The notes beneath the pieces were generated by a model, which ran no database searches, was not told the origin of the DNA, and saw only the letters and a list, made by a program, of their open reading frames with translations. From the NCBI GenBank assembly GCA_964568875.1, contig CAZMSH010000003.1, positions 32,761 through 96,760 of the forward strand: 64,000 nt of DNA, given 5' to 3'. Position numbers and translations under genes: made by a program. The stretch's first letter is position 1; the number at the start of each line of letters is the position of its first letter. This document shows, piece after piece, positions 22,589 to 30,717 of the stretch. The stretch is from an uncultured Rikenellaceae bacterium (GTDB lineage: Bacteria; Bacteroidota; Bacteroidia; Bacteroidales; VadinHA17).

Positions 22589-22690
22589 ATATCAGATATC
22601 AGATTAAGGATATCAGATTAACGATTTTGGATTAGCGATTTTGGATTAGCGATTTTTCAGATATCAGATTCTGGATTCAGGAGATTCTCA
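22588..22690. repeat. Degenerate heptanucleotide tandem array (about 14 units, GATWWNN)
   Basis: GATATCA GATATCA GATTAAG GATATCA GATTAAC GATTTTG GATTAGC GATTTTG GATTAGC GATTTTT, then a 1-nt phase shift, then AGATATC AGATTCT GGATTCA GGAGATT. It fills the convergent lacZ/phosphodiesterase spacer. Confidence 0.85.
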
Positions 22691-22712
22691 TCAACGCCTT
22701 AAAGATTGGTTA

Positions 22713-23777
22713 TTAATAGATCAGCTCAGTTTTTAGTACCGTGTTTTCTCCTGTCAATGCATTTCTTACGTCATAGACAAGTTTGCCGGTGAAGGTTTTA
22801 GCCAATACGACACGTGTCACTGAATTAGCCGGGATGTTAATTGAAGCAGGAGCTCCCTGCGGACCATTAACAAGTTGCCAGGGAATGTCTGTATGGTTTG
22901 TAATTTCGAAAAAGAGATTACGTCCGGTCTCATGGAACGGCTTTGATACTGTAATACTTTTATTGAAGAACTCATTAAGGAGAGACTCTTTTCCCGCAAT
23001 CATGTCATCGAACCAGGCCACTGTTTCTCCTTTGAACATCGCTTCCTTAAGGCTGTCGTGTGTCCTTTCCCTGGCGAAAACAAGTGTCATTGGCCTGATT
23101 GCTTCTGGTTTGTTCATGAAGTAATCCTCGCTTATCAGTCCGTGTACGTCGCTGTTGGCTATAACAGCAAGGTTGTACTGTTTACAGAATTCCAGAACGA
23201 GCGGGTAGTATTCCGTGCTGTTGAAGAATTCGATGCCGTGTAACCAGCCTTTCTGCAACAGGGTTTTATGGATATCGTAGAGTTTGGGAATACCGTCGGG
23301 CTCCTGGTTTCTCCACCCCGGGTGGTTCCAGTGGATGAAGGCACCCTGGTTTATTGCTTCCTCAACAACCTCAAGGAAGTTATCCTTCCGGAGTTTTGAG
23401 GCATCTTCGATAAATAGTGCATTGAGGTGGCCCGGCGGCATACTGCGTGTAATCTCGGTGCCATTGACAAGTATTATATTTCTCTCAGCTGCGTAATTAC
23501 GTGCTATGTTCCAGGCTGCGTTGTAATCAACAGGAATGTAGTCTTTGTGAGGCAGGTATTCTATATGGTCAGTTATGGATAGTGCATCGAGTCCGTCCCG
23601 CCATGCTTCGTCAACTCTTACCGTGGGCCATACATTGCCATCTGAGAATACAGTATGGGTATGGAAGTCGCATGTAAGCGTCACTCTTCCTTCAAGCTGC
23701 GGAAGGTTGTAAGTACGCCTCTGGGCCATCAATGGAAGCGTAGCAATAGCTGCAAGGATGAAAATTACTTTTCTCAT
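22713..23777 (-). CDS. Secreted PHP-domain phosphoesterase (Sb-PDE-like phosphodiesterase)
   Basis: Signal peptide. PHP metal-binding motifs CDFHTHTVFSDG, ITDHIEY and NSDVHG. Confidence 0.7.
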   Translation of the reverse strand: MRKVIFILAAIATLPLMAQRRTYNLPQLEGRVTLTCDFHTHTVFSDGNVWPTVRVDEAWRDGLDALSITDHIEYLPHKDYIPVDYNAAWNIARNYAAERNIILVNGTEITRSMPPGHLNALFIEDASKLRKDNFLEVVEEAINQGAFIHWNHPGWRNQEPDGIPKLYDIHKTLLQKGWLHGIEFFNSTEYYPLVLEFCKQYNLAVIANSDVHGLISEDYFMNKPEAIRPMTLVFARERTHDSLKEAMFKGETVAWFDDMIAGKESLLNEFFNKSITVSKPFHETGRNLFFEITNHTDIPWQLVNGPQGAPASINIPANSVTRVVLAKTFTGKLVYDVRNALTGENTVLKTELIY

Positions 23778-23954
23778 GGCTGAATATTTGAATGATCGGT
23801 TAAATATAGTAAAAAAGGGCAGCTGATTGAGAGTTAACAGAATTAACAGGATTCATAGAGTTTATTAAGTTAATCGATTATTCCCATGAGCCCTGGTCAG
23901 CTTAAACATATAAGTGCTCCTGGTTTCTTGTATTCATATATCTATTCGAATTGG

Positions 23955-25376
23955 TTACTGTGATTTTGATCGTCTGATTATGAATTTGTCGTACAGGAAT
24001 ATAAGTATAGCTGCGCTGAGGGCCATGCTGCCGAAGAGTATCCATATCTTTTGAGGATTGTAGCTGGTCCAGAGAAAGTTGGTCAGCTCAGCTGCGTTCA
24101 TTCCGAAAAGTTCCTGAGCTTTTTCGTATAATTGAGTTTGTGTGAAGGTACCGGACAATTCCGGTAGTGAGAATCCGTTTTCGGTTGCTGCTCTGCGAAG
24201 CAGATAAAATTTATCGGCTATTGCTTCATATGGTTCACCTGACACCCATCCGGCTGCATAGTGACCTGCAGCGAAGGGCAGGAATGACGAACCCATATAC
24301 AGACCTTTTTTGTCTGCCGGTGCTATTCTGCCTATGTATTCTGTATATTTTGGTGATGATGCCATTTCGCCTATTGCAAAGATCAGCACACCTGCAAGAA
24401 CTATATACGGATTCCTGGTAAGGAACATAATAACAAGTCCGGCAGCCAGGATAACCGTACCGGTCATGATACTTGTCAGTGGTTTGAGTTTCATGCTCTG
24501 GGATGAGACATAAAGCTGAAGCACAATAATAAAGAACGCATTCATACTCATTACAGTGACGGCGGTGATTGTACCTTCCTTAAATCCCAGCATCAGCGAC
24601 AGTTTATCAAGGTCAACCCAATGGTCAAGAAATATCGGGAACGAGTAGTAAAGTTGATTGAATGCTGTCCAGAAAACTGACATTATCAGAAGGAAAAGCA
24701 CATATCTGAAGTCAGAAAGGGCTACCCAGATATTCCTGAAGGCATTGCCTATACTTTTCATCAGCTTTTCAGCAGATGGCTCCCTACCGGGTTCCCTGAA
24801 GAAGTAGAAAACGAAAATATAGTTAATGGCGATGGTTATCATCGACATCAGAAATACATAGTTCCAGTTTATTTTGTAGAGAAAGCCTGCGATGAAGGGA
24901 CCTATAAATCCACCGATATTAATAACCATATAGAATATGCCGAATCCTACTGACGAGGTTTCATTATCGGTGGTCTTGGCTATCATGCCGGTAATTACCG
25001 GTTTGAAGAGAGCCCCTGCTACTGCCAGAAATATATATGAGGCGAAGACAAGTTCGAAGGTATCAAAATAGCCAACCATAAAGTAACCTGCAACGTACAT
25101 TGTAAATGAGAGGATCAGCACTTTTTTGAAACCGACGCGGTCGGCAATGGCTCCGGTAATAAGAGGCAGAAAGTAGAGCAACATTGTGCCGGTACCCATA
25201 ATTATTCCCTTTTGTGCCTGCGTGAAACCTAGAGCTCCTGTATCTTTTGAAAGGGTAAGGTAGAGAGCAAATGCATTGTAAAAACCATACCATGCCCATC
25301 TCTCAAATAGTTCCATGAAATTTGAGATCCAGAATGCTGCCGGGAACTTCCTGATCACTGATTTTAGGTTACTCAT
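23955..25376 (-). CDS. Proton-dependent oligopeptide transporter (POT/PTR2 family MFS)
   Basis: Polytopic membrane protein with a PTR2-type N-terminal signature (ELFERWAWYGFYNAFALYL) and an MFS loop (GAIADRVGFKK). Confidence 0.8.
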   Translation of the reverse strand: MSNLKSVIRKFPAAFWISNFMELFERWAWYGFYNAFALYLTLSKDTGALGFTQAQKGIIMGTGTMLLYFLPLITGAIADRVGFKKVLILSFTMYVAGYFMVGYFDTFELVFASYIFLAVAGALFKPVITGMIAKTTDNETSSVGFGIFYMVINIGGFIGPFIAGFLYKINWNYVFLMSMITIAINYIFVFYFFREPGREPSAEKLMKSIGNAFRNIWVALSDFRYVLFLLIMSVFWTAFNQLYYSFPIFLDHWVDLDKLSLMLGFKEGTITAVTVMSMNAFFIIVLQLYVSSQSMKLKPLTSIMTGTVILAAGLVIMFLTRNPYIVLAGVLIFAIGEMASSPKYTEYIGRIAPADKKGLYMGSSFLPFAAGHYAAGWVSGEPYEAIADKFYLLRRAATENGFSLPELSGTFTQTQLYEKAQELFGMNAAELTNFLWTSYNPQKIWILFGSMALSAAILIFLYDKFIIRRSKSQ

Positions 25377-25449
25377 CTTTTTATGTTTTGTTAGTTGTTA
25401 ATAATTCTGTTATTGTAATAATCATCACAAGTTATTATAGTGTCTTATA

Positions 25450-26094
25450 TTACTGCCTGGTGTCCTTATTGAATCTGGTGTCTTCATAGAAATATGCAAC
25501 TTTTTCGTCAGCATCGTCCCATGTGAGAATCCGTTTATCCCTGTTGGTATAATAGAATGCAACCATGGCAAAATCGCCGGCACACATGGTAGTATGTGCC
25601 AGCAGAGTAAGTGAAAGAGCCCATTGCCATTGCATTGGTACGTAAAACAATGACAGGATAAGTCCTGTGGTTATTACAGAGAAAGGAAAGATTGCAATAA
25701 TGATAAATTGCACTGGTTCAACTACATGTCTGTGAGCCGTAACATAGACCACAAAATTTCTTACATCGGCGCCTATTCTGATATCCTTACCTCCAAGGAG
25801 CCGGAATATTAAAATATGCAGAGCTTCATGCAGCGGTATCAGCATTATTGGAAACAGGATAAGTCCTGTCAATGACCACGGCAGCATTTGGAGAAAAGGC
25901 TGGCCGGCAGCTGTAACTGTTCTAAATAATATTACCCAAATCAAGGTAGCCATGGTGAGCAGAAACAGTAGCAAAACTACCGGGTTCCTGATTTTTAACC
26001 GTGAGATGACGAATTCAGCAACCTCACTGTATCTGATGCTTACAATAAGTTTGTAACGTTCACTTGAAGCTATTTCATCGGGGGTGAATTTCAT
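25450..26094 (-). CDS. Membrane protein with an HExxH motif (DUF3267-like putative zincin; family name from memory)
   Basis: Several predicted TM helices. HEALH motif within LIPLHEALHILIFRLLGG. Confidence 0.45.
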   Translation of the reverse strand: MKFTPDEIASSERYKLIVSIRYSEVAEFVISRLKIRNPVVLLLFLLTMATLIWVILFRTVTAAGQPFLQMLPWSLTGLILFPIMLIPLHEALHILIFRLLGGKDIRIGADVRNFVVYVTAHRHVVEPVQFIIIAIFPFSVITTGLILSLFYVPMQWQWALSLTLLAHTTMCAGDFAMVAFYYTNRDKRILTWDDADEKVAYFYEDTRFNKDTRQ

Positions 26095-26190
26095 TCACAT
26101 AATATTTTGAATGGGCACAAATTTAGCTTTTAAGGGTCGTATTTTCAACAGATCGTGAAACAACTTAAAGAATGGCACGTTTTTGGAGGC

Positions 26191-26260
26191 GGTATGCGGT
26201 ACCGGGAACCTGATACCTGATACCCGATACCTGATACCCGATACCTGATACCCGATATTA
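26191..26260. repeat. Heptanucleotide tandem array (10 units; core 14-mer GATACCTGATACCC x3)
   Basis: GGTATGC GGTACCG GGAACCT GATACCT GATACCC GATACCT GATACCC GATACCT GATACCC GATATTA, in the divergent spacer between 26094(-) and 26312(+). Confidence 0.85.
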
Positions 26261-26311
26261 TCTGTATCATGTTTTGGGGGTTGTTTATGGGTTTATGTGT
26301 AATTTTGTATT

Positions 26312-26920
26312 GTGAGAAAGGAGTTTACCATACTGTTACTATTAGGTGCCATTACGGTTGCTACGGGCCAGGATACTAACTGGATAAAGGTTGATACTGC
26401 AGGGAGGTATCATCTTTTACAGATTGTTGATCGTGATGGAGAGAGACTTCCTGAGATAGAGCTTGAAGATGTTGTTGTGGTGGGCCGACGCTCTCTGGGT
26501 GAAAGATTTCAGGCATGGCGCTATCAGAGGCTTGTCTACAATGTAAAGAGGGTTTATCCCTACAGCCTGATGGTACGTATACGATACATGGAGGTGAACA
26601 GGGAACTGGAGCTGCTACCTGATGATAAGAAAAGGAAGGAGTATCTTAAGCAGCTTGAAAAGGACCTTCTGAATGAATTTGAGGATGATATGAGGAGGAT
26701 GACCATTACTCAGGGCAGGATACTCATAAAACTGATTGACAGAGAAACGAGCAACTCGTCATATGATCTTATACGTGAATACCGAAGTGTAATTACGGCT
26801 ACATTCTGGCAGGGAATAGCAAGGATATTCGGGTCAAATCTCAAATCAAAATACGATCCGGATGGAGAAGATTATCTTATTGAGCGGATAATCAGGGAGA
26901 TAGAGATGGGGAGACTCTGA
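26312..26920 (+). CDS. Secreted hypothetical protein (DUF4294-like; family name from memory)
   Basis: GTG start and a signal peptide (ILLLLGAITVATGQ). Basic/acidic helical protein with no catalytic motif that I recognised. Confidence 0.45.
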   Translation: MRKEFTILLLLGAITVATGQDTNWIKVDTAGRYHLLQIVDRDGERLPEIELEDVVVVGRRSLGERFQAWRYQRLVYNVKRVYPYSLMVRIRYMEVNRELELLPDDKKRKEYLKQLEKDLLNEFEDDMRRMTITQGRILIKLIDRETSNSSYDLIREYRSVITATFWQGIARIFGSNLKSKYDPDGEDYLIERIIREIEMGRL

Positions 26921-26995
26921 TGATTTAAGATTGCTCCCGTTGGTCGCGAGCTCGGCAAAAGCCTCGGTTTACGATTTACGATTTACGATTTCATC
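26921..26995. repeat. GC-rich core element (TTGCTCCC-N3-GGTCGCGAGCTC-N7-GCCTCGGTTT) flanked by GATTTAC heptads; copy 1
   Basis: Core at 26931-26970. Heptads ACGATTT x3 at 26971-26994 overlap the elbB stop codon. A GATTTAAGATT half-repeat sits on the other flank (26922-26932). Confidence 0.8.
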
Positions 26996-27630
26996 TTAAT
27001 AAGTTCTTTTACGAGGAGGTCGGCGCCGTCGGCTATGTCTGAAACTCTTGCGTCATTCATGTAGCAAGGTGTTGAGACTATCTTGTTTTTTGTGTCGACA
27101 ACCACCTGTTTGTTCGCTGTTGTTTTGTTTTTACCTCCCAGTTTTGATACTTCGTCATCGTATCGGTTATCACTTCCCAGGGTGACTTCGGCTCCACTTA
27201 TAAGAGCCGCGATCACTATTGGTGAAATACATAAAGCACCTATTGGTTTTCGTGCCTTGTGTGTCTCTTTGACTGCCTGCTCAACTACCTTGTCTATCCG
27301 CATATCGGTTCCGTCAAAGGCATAGGAGCTGAGATTTTTTGCTACGCCGAAGCCGCCGGGAAAGATCAGTCCGTCAAAATCAGACTGTTTATATTCTGAA
27401 AGTGGTTTGATATTTCCTCGTGCGATACGGGCAGACTCGACAAGTACGTTTCTTGCTTCATCCATCTCTTCACCGGTAATATGATTCAATACATGATGTT
27501 GCATAATATTTGGAGCGAAAATCTGATAGTCGCATCCGTGACGGTCGATGGCAAGCATCGTCAGTGTCGCTTCGTGTATCTCGGCTCCGTCATATACACC
27601 ACATCCCGATAGTACAATTGCAAATTTCAT
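26983..27630 (-). CDS. elbB: DJ-1/PfpI-family glyoxalase ElbB
   Basis: N-terminus MKFAIVLSGCGVYDGAEIHEA and nucleophile-elbow region GALCISP, typical of ElbB. Confidence 0.85.
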   Translation of the reverse strand: MKFAIVLSGCGVYDGAEIHEATLTMLAIDRHGCDYQIFAPNIMQHHVLNHITGEEMDEARNVLVESARIARGNIKPLSEYKQSDFDGLIFPGGFGVAKNLSSYAFDGTDMRIDKVVEQAVKETHKARKPIGALCISPIVIAALISGAEVTLGSDNRYDDEVSKLGGKNKTTANKQVVVDTKNKIVSTPCYMNDARVSDIADGADLLVKELIKMKS

Positions 27631-27759
27631 GGTTATCCGGTTTTTATACTTACTCGTTAATAAAATCTCCTATTGGTTTCTGCAGAACAAAATACACTAT
27701 TTTTGTCAAAAGACCAAAGCCGGTGCATATCAGGCTGTCAGCCACGAGTATATGAAGAC

Positions 27760-28323
27760 ATGACAAAAAGGACATTCATTGCCATTGATATTTATCCTGA
27801 TGAGTATCTGTCAAATGCGATAAAAAATATTCGCAATCATTTTGATGCTGAGAGTATAAGGTGGGTCACTCTTGATCCTGCTCACATTACCCTGGCTTTT
27901 CTGGGCGACACAACCACAGAGCAGATCATGTTTGTCAAAAGGGTGCTAAAAGAGAGATTGTTTTGCTTCGGTGAGTTTGACATTGAGGTAGCCGGAGCCG
28001 GGTATTTCGGCAAAAGACATGATCCGAAGGTGCTATGGCTCGGAATAGTTGCAAATGATAAACTGGCAAGACTGCACACAACTGTGGAAGCTATTATCGT
28101 GGAAGCCGGCCTGGTTGCTGACAACAAGCCTTTCAGGCCTCATCTGACTCTTGGCAGGTTCAGGAATTATACCGGAAAAAGCAGAATTGAAAAATTACCT
28201 GCGATTTTAGGGGAAGCAACTCTTATGAAAAGATTAATAAATGAGCTGGTATTTTACGAGAGCATGCTGAAACCCGAAGGTCCTGTCTATAAACCCATTG
28301 AAAAGGTTTCTCTTTCATGGTGA
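27760..28323 (+). CDS. thpR: RNA 2',3'-cyclic phosphodiesterase (2H phosphoesterase, ThpR/LigT)
   Basis: Two HxT/S motifs (HITLAFLG and HLTLGRF). Start moved to MTKRTFIAI at 27760; the listed 27673 start adds an implausible N-terminal extension. Confidence 0.82.
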   Translation: MTKRTFIAIDIYPDEYLSNAIKNIRNHFDAESIRWVTLDPAHITLAFLGDTTTEQIMFVKRVLKERLFCFGEFDIEVAGAGYFGKRHDPKVLWLGIVANDKLARLHTTVEAIIVEAGLVADNKPFRPHLTLGRFRNYTGKSRIEKLPAILGEATLMKRLINELVFYESMLKPEGPVYKPIEKVSLSW

Positions 28324-28992
28324 TTATTTGCGTCTTCCACGGATAAGCAAAAGAAATGTCTGCCATATTATAAATGCATCCTTACGGAGAGAGGGAGCCC
28401 TGACATAATCGAGTTCGTATTTGATTCTTTCTGTCATTTGCTCAATGTCTGAGGCATATCCGTATACCACCTGGCCTGTACATGTGACACCTGGTTTGAA
28501 ATTAAGCAGAAGGTCGACCTCTTCATTTTCCTTTCTGAGGAGATCGAGGTAGTATTGGCGCTCAGGCCGGGGACCGACAACAGACATTTCCCCCTTCAGT
28601 ACATTTATGAAGTTAGGTATTTCATCGAGCTTATGCCTTCGCATGAACCGCCCAACCGGTGTTACTCTGGGATCGTTGGGACTGGAGAGCATTGGTCCGT
28701 TGGTCTCCGCATCCTGCTTCATCGTGCGGAACTTTAGCAGTGTAAATGGCTTCCCGTTGCGTCCTGTCCTTTCCTGGCGGAAGATGACAGGTCCCTTATC
28801 GTACAGCTTTATCAGAAGGGCCAGTATTATAAAGACCGGAAGAGTAATGGCAAGTGTGATGAGTGAAAATACGATATCAGCAGTTCTTTTGATAAGCTGT
28901 TGCCAGGGATTAAGTCTCTTAACCTGAATTGAAAGGTCACATGGTTTCTTCCCGGTGTTGTCAGGTATATTTTTAGCAGGGGCTGGTTTCAA
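28324..28992 (-). CDS. Bacterial sugar transferase (polyprenyl-phosphate glycosyl-1-phosphate transferase, WbaP/EpsL-like)
   Basis: KRTADIVFSLITL TM anchor, then FRQERTG.NGKPF.LLKFRTM and VGPRP motifs. The start codon is TTG (uncertain). The stop abuts the thpR stop with a 0-nt gap. Confidence 0.85.
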   Translation of the reverse strand: MKPAPAKNIPDNTGKKPCDLSIQVKRLNPWQQLIKRTADIVFSLITLAITLPVFIILALLIKLYDKGPVIFRQERTGRNGKPFTLLKFRTMKQDAETNGPMLSSPNDPRVTPVGRFMRRHKLDEIPNFINVLKGEMSVVGPRPERQYYLDLLRKENEEVDLLLNFKPGVTCTGQVVYGYASDIEQMTERIKYELDYVRAPSLRKDAFIIWQTFLLLIRGRRK

Positions 28993-29040
28993 ACAGGTGA
29001 TCTTTAATGAAAAAAGGTTTATTGAGAGGCAAAGATAGTT

Positions 29041-29128
29041 AAAAACGGTAAACGGTGAACGGTAAACGAAACCGAGGCCGGCGATAGCCGGGTGAGCTCG
29101 CGACCGAAGGGAGCAAAACGGTGAAGGG
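29041..29128. repeat. GC-rich core element, copy 2 (inverted relative to copy 1), flanked by AAACGGT heptads
   Basis: The reverse complement reads TTGCTCCC-TTC-GGTCGCGAGCTC-N15-GCCTCGGTTT followed by heptads TTACCGT/TCACCGT. AAACGGTGAA is present on both flanks. Confidence 0.8.
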
Positions 29129-29240
29129 CCAAATACTTACTCATGACCTAACGGGATTAAACCAGTTCCCTGTTCACGGCTCCACGTATACCTCCCTTCT
29201 TTTTTTTTGTTATTTTTGGACGTTTTTATTTTATACACAG

Positions 29241-29900
29241 ATGCGTTTTACTGATTCATTTGAAGCCCGCGGAAAGAGGAAGAAGCTTGTTGAGGAGATA
29301 AGGAGCAAAGGTATTACTGATGAGAGGGTTCTTGCGGCTATTGACAAGATACCGCGTCACTATTTCATGGATCCGGCGTTTCTGAATCATGCGTATCAGG
29401 ACAAGGCATTTCCGATAAGCTCAGGACAGACGATCTCACAGCCCTATACGGTTGCTTTCCAAACTCAGTTGCTGAATGTTGAAAGAAACAGTAAAATACT
29501 TGAGATAGGTACTGGTTCAGGGTATCAGGCTGCAATCCTGGTAGAAATGGGAGCCAGGGTATTCACCATTGAAAGACAGCGTGATTTATATCAGAAGGCG
29601 AGAAAGATGATGTCGGCCCTGGGATATGAAGCCAGCTTCTTCTTCGGGGACGGTTACCTCGGGAAACCGGCCTACAGCCCTTATGATGGCATTCTTCTTA
29701 CAGCTGCTGCAGATTCGGTGCCTGAGACACTTCTCAGCCAGCTGGCCATCGGAGGTCGGCTTGTTGCACCGGTGGGCAACAAGGTTTCGCAGGAGATGAC
29801 CCTGGTTGTCAGGAGAGGAGAGGAGGATTTTGAATACAGCAGGCACGGCTATTTCGCATTTGTTCCGATGTTGCCGGGTGTGGTAAATGATAAAAAGTAA
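29241..29900 (+). CDS. pcm: Protein-L-isoaspartate O-methyltransferase
   Basis: QTISQPYTVA and LEIGTGSGYQAAIL motifs. Start moved to MRFTDSFEARG at 29241; the listed GTG at 29121 lies inside repeat copy 2. Confidence 0.88.
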   Translation: MRFTDSFEARGKRKKLVEEIRSKGITDERVLAAIDKIPRHYFMDPAFLNHAYQDKAFPISSGQTISQPYTVAFQTQLLNVERNSKILEIGTGSGYQAAILVEMGARVFTIERQRDLYQKARKMMSALGYEASFFFGDGYLGKPAYSPYDGILLTAAADSVPETLLSQLAIGGRLVAPVGNKVSQEMTLVVRRGEEDFEYSRHGYFAFVPMLPGVVNDKK

Positions 29901-29906
29901 GATAAG

Positions 29907-30542
29907 ATGAAGATACACAGGTTTGTTTTTTCCCCTATCAGTGTCAATACTTATGTTGTGGCAGCCGATAACGGGGAGTGTGCTGTAATAGACTGCGGAT
30001 GTTACGATGATACTGAATTTTCGAGGCTTACAGAATTTTTTGAAGAGGAAGGACTCAAACCTGTGTTGCTGTTAAATACACACTGTCATCTCGATCATAT
30101 TTTTGGAAACGGCAGGATGCTGATGAAGTACGGTCTTACTGCCAAAGCATGCATGAATGAAGAAGATAACAGGAAGAATGCTCCCATGCACGCAATGTTG
30201 TATGGTATGGAGATGGAAGCTCCTCCAGAAATCGGCGAACATATAGGCGATGGAGAGAAAGTGACTTTCGCAGATATCACTTTGGAAGCTATTTATGTTC
30301 CGGGACATACTGCCGGGAGCATATCATGGTATTGCGTTGATGAGGCCTGCATTTTTACAGGAGATGCTCTTTTTGCCGGAGGTATTGGAAGAAGTGATCT
30401 TCCCGGCGGCAATCACGAACAGCTTCTAAGGAACATAAGAGAAAGGCTGCTTACCCTTCCGCCGGAAACAGTAATATATCCAGGCCATGGTGAGTTTTCA
30501 ACCATTGGCGATGAGAAGCACAGTAATCCCTGGTTGTCTTAG
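29907..30542 (+). CDS. MBL-fold metallo-hydrolase (glyoxalase II-like)
   Basis: THCHLDH metal motif, plus PGHTAGS and GDALFAGGIGRSD. Confidence 0.8.
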   Translation: MKIHRFVFSPISVNTYVVAADNGECAVIDCGCYDDTEFSRLTEFFEEEGLKPVLLLNTHCHLDHIFGNGRMLMKYGLTAKACMNEEDNRKNAPMHAMLYGMEMEAPPEIGEHIGDGEKVTFADITLEAIYVPGHTAGSISWYCVDEACIFTGDALFAGGIGRSDLPGGNHEQLLRNIRERLLTLPPETVIYPGHGEFSTIGDEKHSNPWLS

Positions 30543-30717
30543 TAATAATATTCATTGAATGTAAAGCAAAAGAGATGATAAGGCAAGTGATGTCACGGAT
30601 GTTAATAATTGTTTTTATTATGCTTGTCTCATTTTGAATGCAATATGTTATTGTTAAATTTCGGCCGGATATAGAACAGTTTTATATTTATGATGGTTTA
30701 ATGTACAAAAGGATACA

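Noticed and set aside
26921-29128. Composite transposon or genomic islet bounded by the inverted core elements
   Set aside because: The bracketed 2.1 kb contains no transposase, integrase or recombinase, and I could identify no target-site duplication outside the cores. I kept it as a finding about repeats, not as a mobile-element call.
29121-29240. N-terminal extensions suggested by the longest-ORF starts. Examples: pcm at 29121, thpR at 27673, GT2 at 42502, the DUF1735-like gene at 2762, GH127 at 6474, gldB at 60454 and tgt at 42447
   Set aside because: The extensions have one of three problems. Some run through repeat or intergenic DNA. Some overlap the neighbouring gene. Some place extra residues ahead of a canonical signal or lipoprotein peptide or a conserved N-terminus. 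Internal Met starts give family-typical lengths.
30543-30717. Glycine riboswitch upstream of gcvP
   Set aside because: The 175-nt leader is AT-rich. It lacks the conserved aptamer blocks (GGAGAG…CACCGAAGGGGCAA-type core), and I could trace no tandem aptamer helices.
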